Positions 1-8,648 of a DNA stretch of 35,535 bases are shown here, one piece after another. The notes under the pieces were generated by a model. That model worked only from the letters and a program-made list of their open reading frames with translations, had not been told where the DNA came from and searched no databases. Position 1 is the first letter of the stretch. Every line of letters starts with the position of its first letter. The position numbers and the translations under genes were made by a program. The DNA is taken from the IMG/VR virus record IMGVR_UViG_2718218136_000003. One strand, written 5' to 3'. This DNA comes from a virus. Taxonomy: Duplodnaviria > Heunggongvirae > Uroviricota > Caudoviricetes.

Positions 1-900
1 TTAACGCAATAATGGACAATCTGGTGGTAATCGACAACGCAACGCCGCCGGAAGTATTTCAATATGAAAGTTTTGTCCGCTCAACGGTTCGCCATCAAGA
101 TTAAAAGTGATTTCGTGTGGGGCTTGTATATCAAACCACGACGAAGCGCCTTCGATAATATTCGGGTTATCTTCGTCAGATTTTAAGGTTGATACGAGAG
201 CCGGAAGAATTTCATCGCCGGTAAAAATGCGCAGTTGCAGCAAGCCATCGTTAATTAACGCGTTCGGACACAATTGCTGACCGCCACCGGCCTGACGCCC
301 GTTACCAATACCAATGACCAGGGCGTCACCTTGCCAGTGAAAGTTTTCACCGCGGATTTCACAACGGTCCGGTTGCAGAGTATCCATGCGCATTAAGCCA
401 TGAATGATGTAAGAGACGCCACCCAGCGCGGCTTTTAATTTTTCCGGCGTTTCTGTGGTAATACGCGTCCCAAATCCGCCTGTCGCCATATTAATAAAAC
501 AGGTTTGTTTGTTGACCTGCGCCATATCTATCGCAATGGCGTTACCGGCAATTGCCAGTTTCAGCGCCTTATCCAGTGCCTCAGGAATCCCTACACTGGT
601 GGCAAAATCATTGGCGGTTCCTAATGGCAAAATTCCCAGCGCGGGTATGTCATCCCCCTCACACTGAATCAACGCCGTAGAAACTTCATTAATGGTGCCA
701 TCGCCACCACCGGCAATCACCGTTGCGACGCCCAACTTCCGGGCCTCCTCTACATATCGTGCGGCATCGCCTTTCTCCCAGGTGACCCGCACATGGATCG
801 TCATTCCTTCCTCACGCAACAGCATAATTGCTTCGCGCAAGGGTAGATTGTCAGTACTTTTGCCATTAAGAATCAGTAAGCTGGCGGGAAATTCTGCCAT
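1..900 (-). CDS. yegS: Lipid kinase YegS (DAG-kinase catalytic-domain family), complete 299 aa
   Basis: Full-length ORF with ATG at 898-900 and TAA at 1-3 on minus strand; translation carries the GGDGT nucleotide-binding motif typical of DAGK_cat/YegS kinases; synteny with yegR and yegQ. Confidence 0.88.
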   Translation of the reverse strand: MAEFPASLLILNGKSTDNLPLREAIMLLREEGMTIHVRVTWEKGDAARYVEEARKLGVATVIAGGGDGTINEVSTALIQCEGDDIPALGILPLGTANDFATSVGIPEALDKALKLAIAGNAIAIDMAQVNKQTCFINMATGGFGTRITTETPEKLKAALGGVSYIIHGLMRMDTLQPDRCEIRGENFHWQGDALVIGIGNGRQAGGGQQLCPNALINDGLLQLRIFTGDEILPALVSTLKSDEDNPNIIEGASSWFDIQAPHEITFNLDGEPLSGQNFHIEILPAALRCRLPPDCPLLR

Positions 901-1314
901 GATCGTATGTGCCTTTATGATTGGTCTGTAGATAGTGTAGAGCAGAAAACAAAAGGTGGAGTCAGAACAGGATGAAAGTCGGAGGATAAAAAGTCAGTTC
1001 AAGTATGGAGGATTCAGTGGTTACCACCAGGAGCTTGCAATGGGGACAGCGAATACTAACGGCTGCCACCGATAAATTTCAAAAAAGAGCATATGCCTAA
1101 TATTCAACCAAACAGTGGCATCTTAAATATACTATTCCAAATATATTAAAGCCCCCATGGAGTTACCCTGAAGGGCCTCAATGTCCGTAATTCCTACTTA
1201 TGTAGGAAATGTTGTACAGAACATTTATTATAATCCTATTCAATTATAATAATCATGCCATTATTATATTTAAACACTAGAGAGTGTCGTTGGTATTTAA
1301 TGGGGGAAGGTGAG

Positions 1315-1632
1315 ATGAAAAAGATAGCTGCTATATCATTAATTAGTATTTTTATTATGTCTGGTTGTGCTGTGCATAATGATGAGACAAGTATCGGTAA
1401 ATTTGGTCTTGCATATAAAAGTAATATTCAGCGTAAACTCGATAACCAATACTACACCGAAGCCGAAGCTTCTTTAGCCAGGGGCAGAATATCTGGTGCA
1501 GAAAATATAGTAAAAAATGATGCAGCCCATTTCTGTGTTACTCAGGGCAAAAAAATGCAGATAGTTGACCTGAAGACAGAAGGTGCAGGATTACATGGCG
1601 TCGCTCGTCTGACATTCAAATGTGGAGAGTGA
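1315..1632 (+). CDS. yegR: Small lipoprotein (signal peptide with lipobox-like SGC), 105 aa; positionally equivalent to E. coli yegR
   Basis: ORF 1255-1632 trimmed to internal ATG at 1315 preceded by GGGGGAAGGTGAG Shine-Dalgarno-like sequence; N-terminus MKKIAAISLISIFIMSGCA is a lipoprotein signal. Confidence 0.6.
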   Translation: MKKIAAISLISIFIMSGCAVHNDETSIGKFGLAYKSNIQRKLDNQYYTEAEASLARGRISGAENIVKNDAAHFCVTQGKKMQIVDLKTEGAGLHGVARLTFKCGE

Positions 1633-1694
1633 GAATATTTTTTGGTAAGCGTCAAACATGCGCGTTCTGGTTGTGCTTAGCCGGAACCTGTGCG

Positions 1695-1727
1695 AGCACG
1701 ATGCCGTTACGTGAAAGGCATCGTGCT
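1695..1727 (+). terminator. Perfect 11-bp inverted repeat (AGCACGATGCC / GGCATCGTGCT) with 11-nt loop downstream of yegR; candidate transcription terminator, no clear U-tract
   Basis: Inverted repeat read directly from the sequence about 60 nt after the yegR stop codon. Confidence 0.35.
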
Positions 1728-1789
1728 ATGAAGGGAGATTCTATCGATGTGGTCAATGGAAGACGGTGACCAGGGATAGGGCTTATGCA

Positions 1790-1817
1790 TAAAAAATAAG
1801 CCCGTGTAAGGGAGATT
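1790..1817. repeat. attL core: TAAAAAATAAGCCCGTGTAAGGGAGATT, identical to attR core
   Basis: Exact 28-nt match to 34002-34029; sequences diverge immediately on both sides. Confidence 0.85.
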
Positions 1818-1896
1818 TAGGGTGTCACCAGTAGGGGCTTTCAACGGTACAATGCGGGTTTGAGCGGCATAAATTACCACTGAAAGCCCTTAAACG

Positions 1897-2910
1897 TTAC
1901 TCTACTGTGGACACTGTGTGGACACTCTCGGCTTCAGTACCACCTCTTAGCGGATTAAGAGAAATGGCGTCCTGAAGGTACTCTGGCGCAAAATGAGCGT
2001 AAACCATAGTTTGCTCAATCCGCGTGTGACCTAGTATCCGTTGTAGCGTGATAATACTTCCTCCATTAATCATGAAATGAGTGGCAAAGCTGTGCCTTAG
2101 TGCATGTGTGGCTTGCCCCGTTGGCAAATCCGGTTTTATTGCTTTCATTGTTCGTCTGAAGCGAGGGTAATCAGCATCAGGGAATAAAAAACCTCGTTTG
2201 TTATCCGCGATCATTTTGGCAACAGCCTCTGAGATCGGGACGGTGCGTGGTTTGTTTGTTTTCGTTTTAACAAACGTGACGCGGTTATGGATGATATTTT
2301 CTGCTTTCAAACGAGCTGCTTCTCCCCAACGTGCTCCTGTACTCAGGCAAAGAATCGCAATCTTTTTATTGTCGCCGTCAAGTGCTGCAAGCAGTAAGGC
2401 AATTTCTTCCTGTGTGAGATAGCCTGTTTCTGGTTTTTCCTCCTTAAGCCTCTTTGTCCCTCTGATAGGGTGCTCACCAAAGAATAACTCCGCTTCAATC
2501 AGGGCTGTAAACATGCCGCTAATACATGTTAAATCACGATTGATACTCGAAGGTTTAATACCCTGACTTCTTCGGGTGGCGCAGTACTGGCTGATAAGGG
2601 ATTTCGTGATTTGAAATGCGCATGGGTCATTCGTTATTTTTGTGAAGATTTCAATTTTTCCAAGATTAGATTTCCCATGCTCTTCGTGTTTACCCTTTAA
2701 ATCCCACCAGATCTGTGTCAGTTCCGACAGACGTCGTTTGTCTGTTGGTTTTGATAGCCATTCTTTATTGTGGTGGTTGTACAACGTGTATTTTTCGAAA
2801 GCGACAGCTTCGCTTTTCTTATCAAACTTCCTACGGATGCGTTTTCCGTTACGTCCAGTAGGGCGGATGTCCACTTCATATCGACCATCATCGAGTTTTT
2901 TGATTGCCAT
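1897..2910 (-). CDS. int: P2-type tyrosine integrase, 337 aa
   Basis: Translation has the tyrosine recombinase C-terminal catalytic region (…ATHALRHSFATHFMINGGSIITLQRILGHTRIEQTMVYAHF…); same length as P2 Int; located next to attL and downstream of the C repressor on the same strand. Confidence 0.92.
   Translation of the reverse strand: MAIKKLDDGRYEVDIRPTGRNGKRIRRKFDKKSEAVAFEKYTLYNHHNKEWLSKPTDKRRLSELTQIWWDLKGKHEEHGKSNLGKIEIFTKITNDPCAFQITKSLISQYCATRRSQGIKPSSINRDLTCISGMFTALIEAELFFGEHPIRGTKRLKEEKPETGYLTQEEIALLLAALDGDNKKIAILCLSTGARWGEAARLKAENIIHNRVTFVKTKTNKPRTVPISEAVAKMIADNKRGFLFPDADYPRFRRTMKAIKPDLPTGQATHALRHSFATHFMINGGSIITLQRILGHTRIEQTMVYAHFAPEYLQDAISLNPLRGGTEAESVHTVSTVE
1906..1925. promoter_or_regulatory. 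Two direct TGTGGACAC repeats spaced 11 bp apart in the int-proximal (P') arm; candidate Int arm-type binding sites
   Basis: Direct repeat at 1906-1914 and 1917-1925, overlapping the 3' end of int; related copies TGTGGTCA / TGTGGACG with the same 11-bp spacing occur in the ogr-proximal arm at 33944-33962. Confidence 0.5.
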
Positions 2911-3025
2911 CAGAAAACCCTCCGAGTGGTACTTTTTTTTGCTACTACTAATCGCTTTTTTCGTGGTGGCTGAAATTTAGCCACCAATAGTAGGCACTTG
3001 TGATGAATATATTCACGATAAATTG

Positions 3026-3325
3026 TTAACCAGTCTTTTGACCGGAGTGGGGCGACGTTGTTTCGTTTTGCCCAAAGTGTGCGAGAGCGGGCGCAATTTG
3101 CCCGGCTTCTGGAGCTACCTGATCAGTCATGAACCACAAAGTATATTTAGTAAATCTGGGATGTTGTAAGACCTTCATTATGGCTTCAACTCCAGCGTTT
3201 TTTGACCGGCTCTCATAGCTCGAAAGTGAGCTGTAGGCTACACCAGTTAATTCACTGAATTCTTTACGGTTTAACCTTTCAGATTCACGGATTAGCTTCA
3301 ACTTCTCCGAAACGTCTATTGACAT
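3026..3325 (-). CDS. C: Immunity repressor C (P2-type), 99 aa
   Basis: ORF 3026-3397 trimmed to ATG at 3323-3325; C-terminal half (…FTKYTLWFMTDQVAPEAGQIAPALAHFGQNETTSPHSGQKTG) matches my recollection of P2 C; divergent from cox. Confidence 0.85.
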   Translation of the reverse strand: MSIDVSEKLKLIRESERLNRKEFSELTGVAYSSLSSYESRSKNAGVEAIMKVLQHPRFTKYTLWFMTDQVAPEAGQIAPALAHFGQNETTSPHSGQKTG

Positions 3326-3446
3326 AATTACTCCGATTGCGTAATTTCTTGCTGATAGTGTGAAATGTTGCGCTTCTGGAGTTATCCTTTTAGGCAATAA
3401 TTAGCCATTAGGAGCCATTAGAAGCACTAAGGGAGAATCGTAGCAG
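3326..3446. promoter_or_regulatory. C/cox lysis-lysogeny switch region holding divergent promoters (Pc leftward, Pe rightward); contains direct repeat AGCCATTAG x2 at 3403-3411 and 3413-3421 as candidate operator
   Basis: 121-bp intergenic region between divergent C and cox starts; 9-bp direct repeat separated by 1 nt seen in sequence; role as C operator is inferred. Confidence 0.5.
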
Positions 3447-3722
3447 ATGAATAGACAGCTTGTAAGCGTGACTGATGCCGTGCCTTATCAGGAGTTTGCA
3501 AAACTCATTGGTAAAACTCCAAGAGCTGTAAGGGGCATGATTGAGAAAGGGAAATTACCAGTTATTGAGATTACTGACCCTCAGTCAGTATCGGGGCGTG
3601 CTGGTGAATATTGGGTATACCTTCCGGCATGGAATAACGGACTAAAACTGGCTTATGAAAGCCGTCCTAAAGAGATTCGTGACGGCTGGTTGATGTGGTT
3701 AGGTCTCGGTGAACCACGTTAA
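3447..3722 (+). CDS. cox: Cox (excisionase / Pc repressor, P2-type), 91 aa
   Basis: 91-aa ORF divergent from C, same length and position as P2 Cox. Confidence 0.85.
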   Translation: MNRQLVSVTDAVPYQEFAKLIGKTPRAVRGMIEKGKLPVIEITDPQSVSGRAGEYWVYLPAWNNGLKLAYESRPKEIRDGWLMWLGLGEPR

Positions 3723-3732
3723 GGAGAACCGT

Positions 3733-3903
3733 ATGAATGAGCCTCGTTGTATTGCTCAGTTATTGCGTAACGAAAGCCCCAGGGCGATTGACTTCACCAT
3801 CACCCACGGGAAGGGACGCAAGGGAATCATTATCCGCACCAAAAAACAGAGTCCGTTAAAGAAGGCTCTGACCTTTCTGAAAAGCCGGAGGGGCTGGAAA
3901 TGA
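3733..3903 (+). CDS. Small early protein (P2 orf78 position), 56 aa
   Basis: ORF trimmed to ATG at 3733 with AAGGAG Shine-Dalgarno 6 nt upstream; overlaps the start of B (ATGA). Confidence 0.5.
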   Translation: MNEPRCIAQLLRNESPRAIDFTITHGKGRKGIIIRTKKQSPLKKALTFLKSRRGWK

Positions 3904-4400
3904 CAGTGATGACGCTCAATCTCGTTGAAAAACAGCCAGCAACTATGCGCCGGATAATTGGTAAGCATCTTGCCGTTCCTCGCTGGCAGGAGACATGTGA
4001 TTATTATAATCAGATGATGGAGCGCGAACGGCTAACAGTTTGCTTTCATGCGCAGTTAAAACAACGTCACGCAACGATGCGTTTTGAAGAAATGAACGAC
4101 GTCGAACGTGAACGGCTGGTTTGTGCAATTGATGAATTGCGTGGGGCATTCTCAAAACGCCGTCAGGTCGGTGCAAGTGAGTATGCATATATTAGCTTTT
4201 TAACTGTCAGTCAGCGCCGCACTTTATTTATGCACGCACGACTGACAGAAAAAGAATTTAACCAGCCATACTGGCGAATTAATGAAGAATCATGTTACTG
4301 GCGTGAAGCTTTATTCCGTGCATTACGTGAATTATTCAGTCTGTTTGAGTATGCACCGACAATTCTGACATCGGTAAAACCAGAGCAATATCTGCATTAA
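3900..4400 (+). CDS. B: Replication protein B (helicase loader), 166 aa
   Basis: 166-aa ORF, same size and position as P2 B in the early operon. Confidence 0.85.
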   Translation: MTVMTLNLVEKQPATMRRIIGKHLAVPRWQETCDYYNQMMERERLTVCFHAQLKQRHATMRFEEMNDVERERLVCAIDELRGAFSKRRQVGASEYAYISFLTVSQRRTLFMHARLTEKEFNQPYWRINEESCYWREALFRALRELFSLFEYAPTILTSVKPEQYLH

Positions 4401-4463
4401 GTAATTAACCAGAGTTTTTAACGCACTTAATTGTGCGGGGCTTCTTTTTGCCTGGAGAAAGTC

Positions 4464-4688
4464 ATGCATACAGTTTCTGAAAATCAGTGCGGTAAATACG
4501 CATTACTGCTGCAACAGGCCAGAACCGAAGCACAGGCCGACGCAGCGACGCGCTTTTCTTCTCATCTTGACGCCATGATTCGCCATATCACAAAGGCGGA
4601 GTTATCCCGCGTGGAGATAGTCGAGCTGCTCAGTCAGGAGTCGGAAAAATTTCACAATATCGGATTGTCTCGCGGGGAGGTGCTTTGA
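4464..4688 (+). CDS. Early protein (P2 orf80 position), 74 aa
   Basis: ORF 4431-4688 trimmed to ATG at 4464 preceded by GGAGAAAG; stop overlaps the next gene. Confidence 0.6.
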   Translation: MHTVSENQCGKYALLLQQARTEAQADAATRFSSHLDAMIRHITKAELSRVEIVELLSQESEKFHNIGLSRGEVL

Positions 4689-4990
4689 TGTCCTGTTCTC
4701 ATTCAGTTGTATTACTGAACAATGCCTTAAAAATCGCCGTTATGAAAAATGGCGATTTGTCTCTTATTCAACTTGGTCTTGATAAAGAAAAACGCGAAAT
4801 AACTGAATCTGTTATCGCGATTTATCAGAACGAATTAAACCTCCTGTCTGATGTGGTCAATTTACTTGTTAAACGCGCTGTATTTCATAAGCAAATCTCC
4901 TCCGTGGATGAACTGACGAAATTAACGACAGAAATCGCCAGCTATTGCGCTGATGAATTTAAGAAGCTGAACGACAAAAGGAGCTGGTAA
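4688..4990 (+). CDS. Early protein (P2 orf81 position), 100 aa
   Basis: ATG at 4688 overlapping the upstream TGA; translationally coupled early-operon ORF. Confidence 0.6.
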   Translation: MSCSHSVVLLNNALKIAVMKNGDLSLIQLGLDKEKREITESVIAIYQNELNLLSDVVNLLVKRAVFHKQISSVDELTKLTTEIASYCADEFKKLNDKRSW

Positions 4991-5214
4991 TGCCGGACAA
5001 CGTGGATTTTATTCAGGAACAGCAGGCTGAATTACTGGAGCGCCAGATTAACGCGGCAAGGGTAAAACATTGCGGTGCTTCTGCGCTGGTTTGTGAAGAG
5101 TGTGACGTGCCAATATCTGCTGCCCGTCGTGCGGCTTATCCGTCAGCCACGCGTTGTGTTTCCTGTCAGTCAGTCTTTGAAGCAAAAAACAAACATTACC
5201 GGAGAATGGCATGA
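4990..5214 (+). CDS. DksA/TraR-type C4 zinc-finger protein (P2 orf82 position), 74 aa
   Basis: Translation contains CGASALVCEECDVPI…CVSC, four Cys in a CxxC-N17-CxxC arrangement typical of TraR/DksA zinc fingers. Confidence 0.7.
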   Translation: MPDNVDFIQEQQAELLERQINAARVKHCGASALVCEECDVPISAARRAAYPSATRCVSCQSVFEAKNKHYRRMA

Positions 5215-5486
5215 GCATTCGTATAGAAATTGGCGAACGTTATGTCGTTACCAGTGACAGCTTTCAGTTTATTCTCCATGAGAAAAAGAGAGCGGAAAGC
5301 GGTAAAAACGCCGGTCAGGAGTGGCTGGCGGTGGTTGGTTATTACCCGAAATTAAGCCAGCTCGTTTCCGGCCTGATGCATCACGATATTCTGACCGGAA
5401 GCGCAAAGTCTTTTGCTGATTTAAACGCGCAGGTTGAGCAACTCAGCAAGCGTTGTTCAGAGGCTTTTGGCTCATATGGCCATTAA
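5211..5486 (+). CDS. Early protein (P2 orf83 position), 91 aa
   Basis: 91-aa ORF; its stop overlaps the start of A. Confidence 0.6.
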   Translation: MSIRIEIGERYVVTSDSFQFILHEKKRAESGKNAGQEWLAVVGYYPKLSQLVSGLMHHDILTGSAKSFADLNAQVEQLSKRCSEAFGSYGH

Positions 5487-7761
5487 AGCCTCCGGGCGTT
5501 TTGTCCCTCCGTCAGCATTTGCTGCAGGCACCGGTAAGACGTTTACCGGTGCTTATGCATGGAGCGCGCCACGCGAGGCTGTCGGGCGCGAAAGACCCCT
5601 TACACGTGACGAGATGCGTCAGGTGCAAGGTGTTTTATCCACGATTAACCGCCTGCCTTACTTTTTGCGTTCGCTGTTTACTTCACGCTATGACTACATC
5701 CGGCGCAATAAAAGCCCGGTGCACGGGTTTTATTTCCTCACATCCACTTTTCAGCGCCGTTTATGGCCGCGCATTGAGCGTGTGAATCAGCGCCATGAAA
5801 TGAACACCGACGCGTCGTTACTGTTTCTGGCAGAGCGTGACCACTATGCGCGCCTGCCGGGAATGAATGACAAGGAGCTGAAAAAGTTTGCTGCCCGTAT
5901 CTCATCGCAGCTTTTCATGATGTATGAGGAACTCAGCGATGCCTGGGTGGATGCGCATGGCGAAAAAGAATCGCTGTTTACGGATGAGGCGCAGGCTCAC
6001 CTCTATGGTCATGTTGCTGGCGCTGCACGTGCTTTCAATATATCCCCTCTCTACTGGAAAAAATACCGTAAAGGGCAGATGACCACGAGGCAGGCATATT
6101 CTGCCATTGCCCGTCTGTTTAACGATGAGTGGTGGACTCATCAGCTTAAAGGCCAGCGTATGCGCTGGCATGAGGCGTTACTGATTGCTGTCGGGGAGGT
6201 CAATAAAGACCGTTCTCCTTATGCCAGTAAACATGCCATTCGTGATGTGCGTGCACGCCGCCAGGCAAATCTGGAATTTCTTAAATCGTGTGATCTCGAA
6301 AACAGGGAAACCGGCGAGCGCATCGACCTTATCAGTAAGGTGATGGGCAGTATTTCTAATCCTGAAATTCGCCGGATGGAGCTGATGAACACCATTGCCG
6401 GTATTGAGCGTTACGCCGCAGCAGAGGGTGATGTGGGGATGTTTATCACGCTGACCGCGCCGTCAAAGTATCACCCGACACGTCAGGTCAGAAAAGGCGA
6501 AAGTAAAACCGTCCAGCTAAATCACGGCTGGAACGATGAGGCATTTAATCCAAAGGATGCGCAGCGTTATCTCTGCCGTATCTGGAGCCTGATGCGCACG
6601 GCATTCAAGGATAATGATTTACAGGTCTACGGTTTGCGTGTCGTCGAGCCACACCACGACGGAACGCCGCACTGGCATATGATGCTTTTTTGTAATCCGC
6701 GCCAGCGTAACCAGATTATCGAAATCATGCGTCGCTATGCGCTCAAAGAGGATGGCGACGAAAGAGGAGCCGCGCGAAACCGTTTTCAGGCAAAACACCT
6801 TAATCGGGGCGGTGCTGCGGGGTATATCGCGAAATACATCTCAAAAAACATCGACGGCTATGCACTGGATGGTCAGCTCGATAACGATACCGGCAGACCT
6901 CTGAAAGATACTGCCGCGGCTGTTACTGCATGGGCGTCAACGTGGCGCATCCCGCAATTTAAAACGGTTGGTCTGCCGACAATGGGGGCTTACCGTGAAC
7001 TACGCAAATTGCCGCGCGGTGTCAGCATTGCTGATGAGTTTGACGAGCGCGTCGAGGCTGCACGCGCCGCCGCAGACAGTGGTGATTTTGCGTTGTATAT
7101 CAGCGCGCAGGGTGGGGCAAATGTCCCGCGCGATTGTCAGACTGTCAGGGTCGCCCGTAGCCCGTCGGATGACGTTAACGAGTACGAGGAAGAGGTCGAG
7201 AGAGTGGTCGGCATTTACGCGCCGCATCTCGGCGCGCGTCATATTCATATCACCAGAACGACGGACTGGCGCATTGTGCCGAAAGCTCCGGTCGTTGAGC
7301 CTTTGACTTTAAAAAGCGGCATCGCCGCGCCTCGGAGTCCTGTCAATAACTGTGGAAAGCTCACCGGTGGTGATACTTCGTTACCGGCTCCCACACCTTC
7401 TGAGCACGCCGCAGCAGTGCTAAATCTGGTTGATGACGGTGTTATCGAATGGAATGACCCGGAGGTTGTGAGGACGCTCAGGGGTGCATTAAAACACGGC
7501 CTGAAAACACCAAATCGTCAGCAAAGAAACGGAAGCCCGTTAAAACCACATGAAATAACACCGTCGGCCAGACTGACCCGGTCGGAACGATTGCAAATTA
7601 CCCGTATCCGCGTTGACCTCGCTCAGAACGGTATCAGGCCGCAACGATGGGAGCTTGAGGCGCTGGCGCGTGGCGCGACAGTAAATTATGACGGGAAAAA
7701 ATTCACGTATCCGGTCGCTGATGAGTGGTCGGGATTCTCAACAGTAATGGAGTGGACATGA
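5476..7761 (+). CDS. A: Replication initiation protein A (rolling-circle nicking protein), 761 aa
   Basis: ORF 5434-7761 trimmed to ATG at 5476, giving 761 aa as in P2 A; contains the HUH-type motif region (…PHHDGTPHWHMMLF…) and the YxxK-like region (AGYIAKYISK). Confidence 0.9.
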   Translation: MAIKASGRFVPPSAFAAGTGKTFTGAYAWSAPREAVGRERPLTRDEMRQVQGVLSTINRLPYFLRSLFTSRYDYIRRNKSPVHGFYFLTSTFQRRLWPRIERVNQRHEMNTDASLLFLAERDHYARLPGMNDKELKKFAARISSQLFMMYEELSDAWVDAHGEKESLFTDEAQAHLYGHVAGAARAFNISPLYWKKYRKGQMTTRQAYSAIARLFNDEWWTHQLKGQRMRWHEALLIAVGEVNKDRSPYASKHAIRDVRARRQANLEFLKSCDLENRETGERIDLISKVMGSISNPEIRRMELMNTIAGIERYAAAEGDVGMFITLTAPSKYHPTRQVRKGESKTVQLNHGWNDEAFNPKDAQRYLCRIWSLMRTAFKDNDLQVYGLRVVEPHHDGTPHWHMMLFCNPRQRNQIIEIMRRYALKEDGDERGAARNRFQAKHLNRGGAAGYIAKYISKNIDGYALDGQLDNDTGRPLKDTAAAVTAWASTWRIPQFKTVGLPTMGAYRELRKLPRGVSIADEFDERVEAARAAADSGDFALYISAQGGANVPRDCQTVRVARSPSDDVNEYEEEVERVVGIYAPHLGARHIHITRTTDWRIVPKAPVVEPLTLKSGIAAPRSPVNNCGKLTGGDTSLPAPTPSEHAAAVLNLVDDGVIEWNDPEVVRTLRGALKHGLKTPNRQQRNGSPLKPHEITPSARLTRSERLQITRIRVDLAQNGIRPQRWELEALARGATVNYDGKKFTYPVADEWSGFSTVMEWT

Positions 7762-8213
7762 TGGCAAAAATTCACGAGGTAAAGCTGCACGCAAAATATT
7801 TCGACCTTGTGCTGGAAGGAAAGAAACGCGCAGAGTTTCGGAAAAATGACCGTAATTATGAGCGCGGGGACACGTTGATTTTGCATGAATGGGGGCAGGG
7901 TGTGTATACGGGGCGAAAGGTTGAAGCCCGGATAACAGATGTTACTGACCTGTCAGACTGGCTGGAAGATTATGTCTTGCTAAGTATTGAGCTGCTTAAT
8001 ACAGGCGCATATGAGATTGTGAACTGGAAAGAACTTAGTGAGCGTGGTCTGTTATTCAGAATTAATCATGAAATTATGCATAAGCTCGGCCTTGCTGTTA
8101 TGTATGAACCAGAGACGGGAATGTCTGGCGGGGCAATGGTTGCCACGGATGGAGCATGGAACTATTCAGATGAACAGATGGAGCGTGCACAGCAAAACGG
8201 GTGGCTTGGATAA
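7758..8213 (+). CDS. ASCH/PUA-like (DUF3850-type) protein (P2 orf91 position), about 151 aa
   Basis: ATG at 7758 overlapping the A stop; N-terminal region (KIHEVKLHAKYFDLVLEGKKRAEFRKNDRNYERGDTLILHEW) resembles ASCH-domain proteins as I recall them. Confidence 0.65.
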   Translation: MMAKIHEVKLHAKYFDLVLEGKKRAEFRKNDRNYERGDTLILHEWGQGVYTGRKVEARITDVTDLSDWLEDYVLLSIELLNTGAYEIVNWKELSERGLLFRINHEIMHKLGLAVMYEPETGMSGGAMVATDGAWNYSDEQMERAQQNGWLG

Positions 8214-8419
8214 TGCACAGAATACCAGGCGAGATACCGCACCATAAAACTAAAAATATCAAGCTGATGGCTATTGTTCAGCGTTTACAGCGGATTATGG
8301 TCAACGAAAATCTGACGCCCGATGAGCTAGTCGGGTGTGCCGAAATAGTCCGGGATAATTACGGGCGGTTTAACTATATCGGTCAGTCCAGAGTTGCGCC
8401 ACCACCACGCAGACGATAG
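8213..8419 (+). CDS. Hypothetical small protein, 68 aa, translationally coupled to orf91 (TAATG overlap)
   Basis: ORF 8201-8419 trimmed to ATG at 8213; no recognisable domain; may be an ORF-finder artefact. Confidence 0.35.
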   Translation: MHRIPGEIPHHKTKNIKLMAIVQRLQRIMVNENLTPDELVGCAEIVRDNYGRFNYIGQSRVAPPPRRR

Positions 8420-8421
8420 AT

Positions 8422-8464
8422 AACGCCGCCAGTCGTGAAACTTGTTTTCAGGGCTGGCGGCGTT
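8422..8464 (+). other. Perfect 11-bp inverted repeat (AACGCCGCCAG / CTGGCGGCGTT) with 21-nt loop directly after the 8419 stop; candidate RNA stem-loop or terminator without U-tract
   Basis: Inverted repeat read from sequence. Confidence 0.4.
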
Positions 8465-8490
8465 GAACAACGAGTGAAGCGAGGCGTTAG
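8431..8490 (+). repeat. Copy A of a ~60-bp imperfect direct repeat (about 75% identical to copy B) upstream of cargo gene 1
   Basis: Manual alignment to 9401-9460 gives 45 of 60 matching positions, with long conserved blocks (TGAAACTTG, TGGCGG, GTTGA, GTTAG). Confidence 0.6.
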
Positions 8491-8648
8491 TTGACATTCA
8501 TATTTTTACTGCGTTGGTGCTGTTTTTTGACGGTTGAAAGGAGTTATCTCGGAGAGCTAAAGCTAACAACTTACAAATATTCAAAAGTAAGCTTCCTGTT
8601 GCTAACATAAGGTCGATTTTTTATGTGGATGATGCAAAAAGGATAGCT

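Noticed and set aside
455-931. ORFs 455-667 and 692-931 on the plus strand
   Set aside because: They lie antisense within or across the well-supported yegS gene and have low-complexity Ala/Ser/Pro-rich translations; overlapping-frame artefacts.
2198-2980. Plus-strand ORFs 2198-2422, 2642-2980 and 2770-2973
   Set aside because: Antisense to the integrase gene, with no ribosome-binding sites and implausible translations; the 2642-2980 ORF runs through the int start region.
3756-4188. Minus-strand ORFs 3756-3968 and 3943-4188
   Set aside because: Antisense to the conserved early genes orf78 and B; no support.
5075-5785. Alternative-frame plus-strand ORFs 5075-5257 and 5453-5785
   Set aside because: They overlap orf82/orf83 and the start of A in other frames; the A frame is supported by the exact P2 length and conserved motifs.
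5902-7886. ORFs 5902-6171 (minus), 6968-7306 (plus), 7000-7248 (minus), 7686-7886 (minus)
   Set aside because: All lie inside or antisense to replication gene A or orf91; typical spurious ORFs in GC-rich coding sequence.
8038-8247. ORF 8038-8247 (plus)
   Set aside because: Alternative frame inside orf91; the in-frame ASCH-like protein is better supported.
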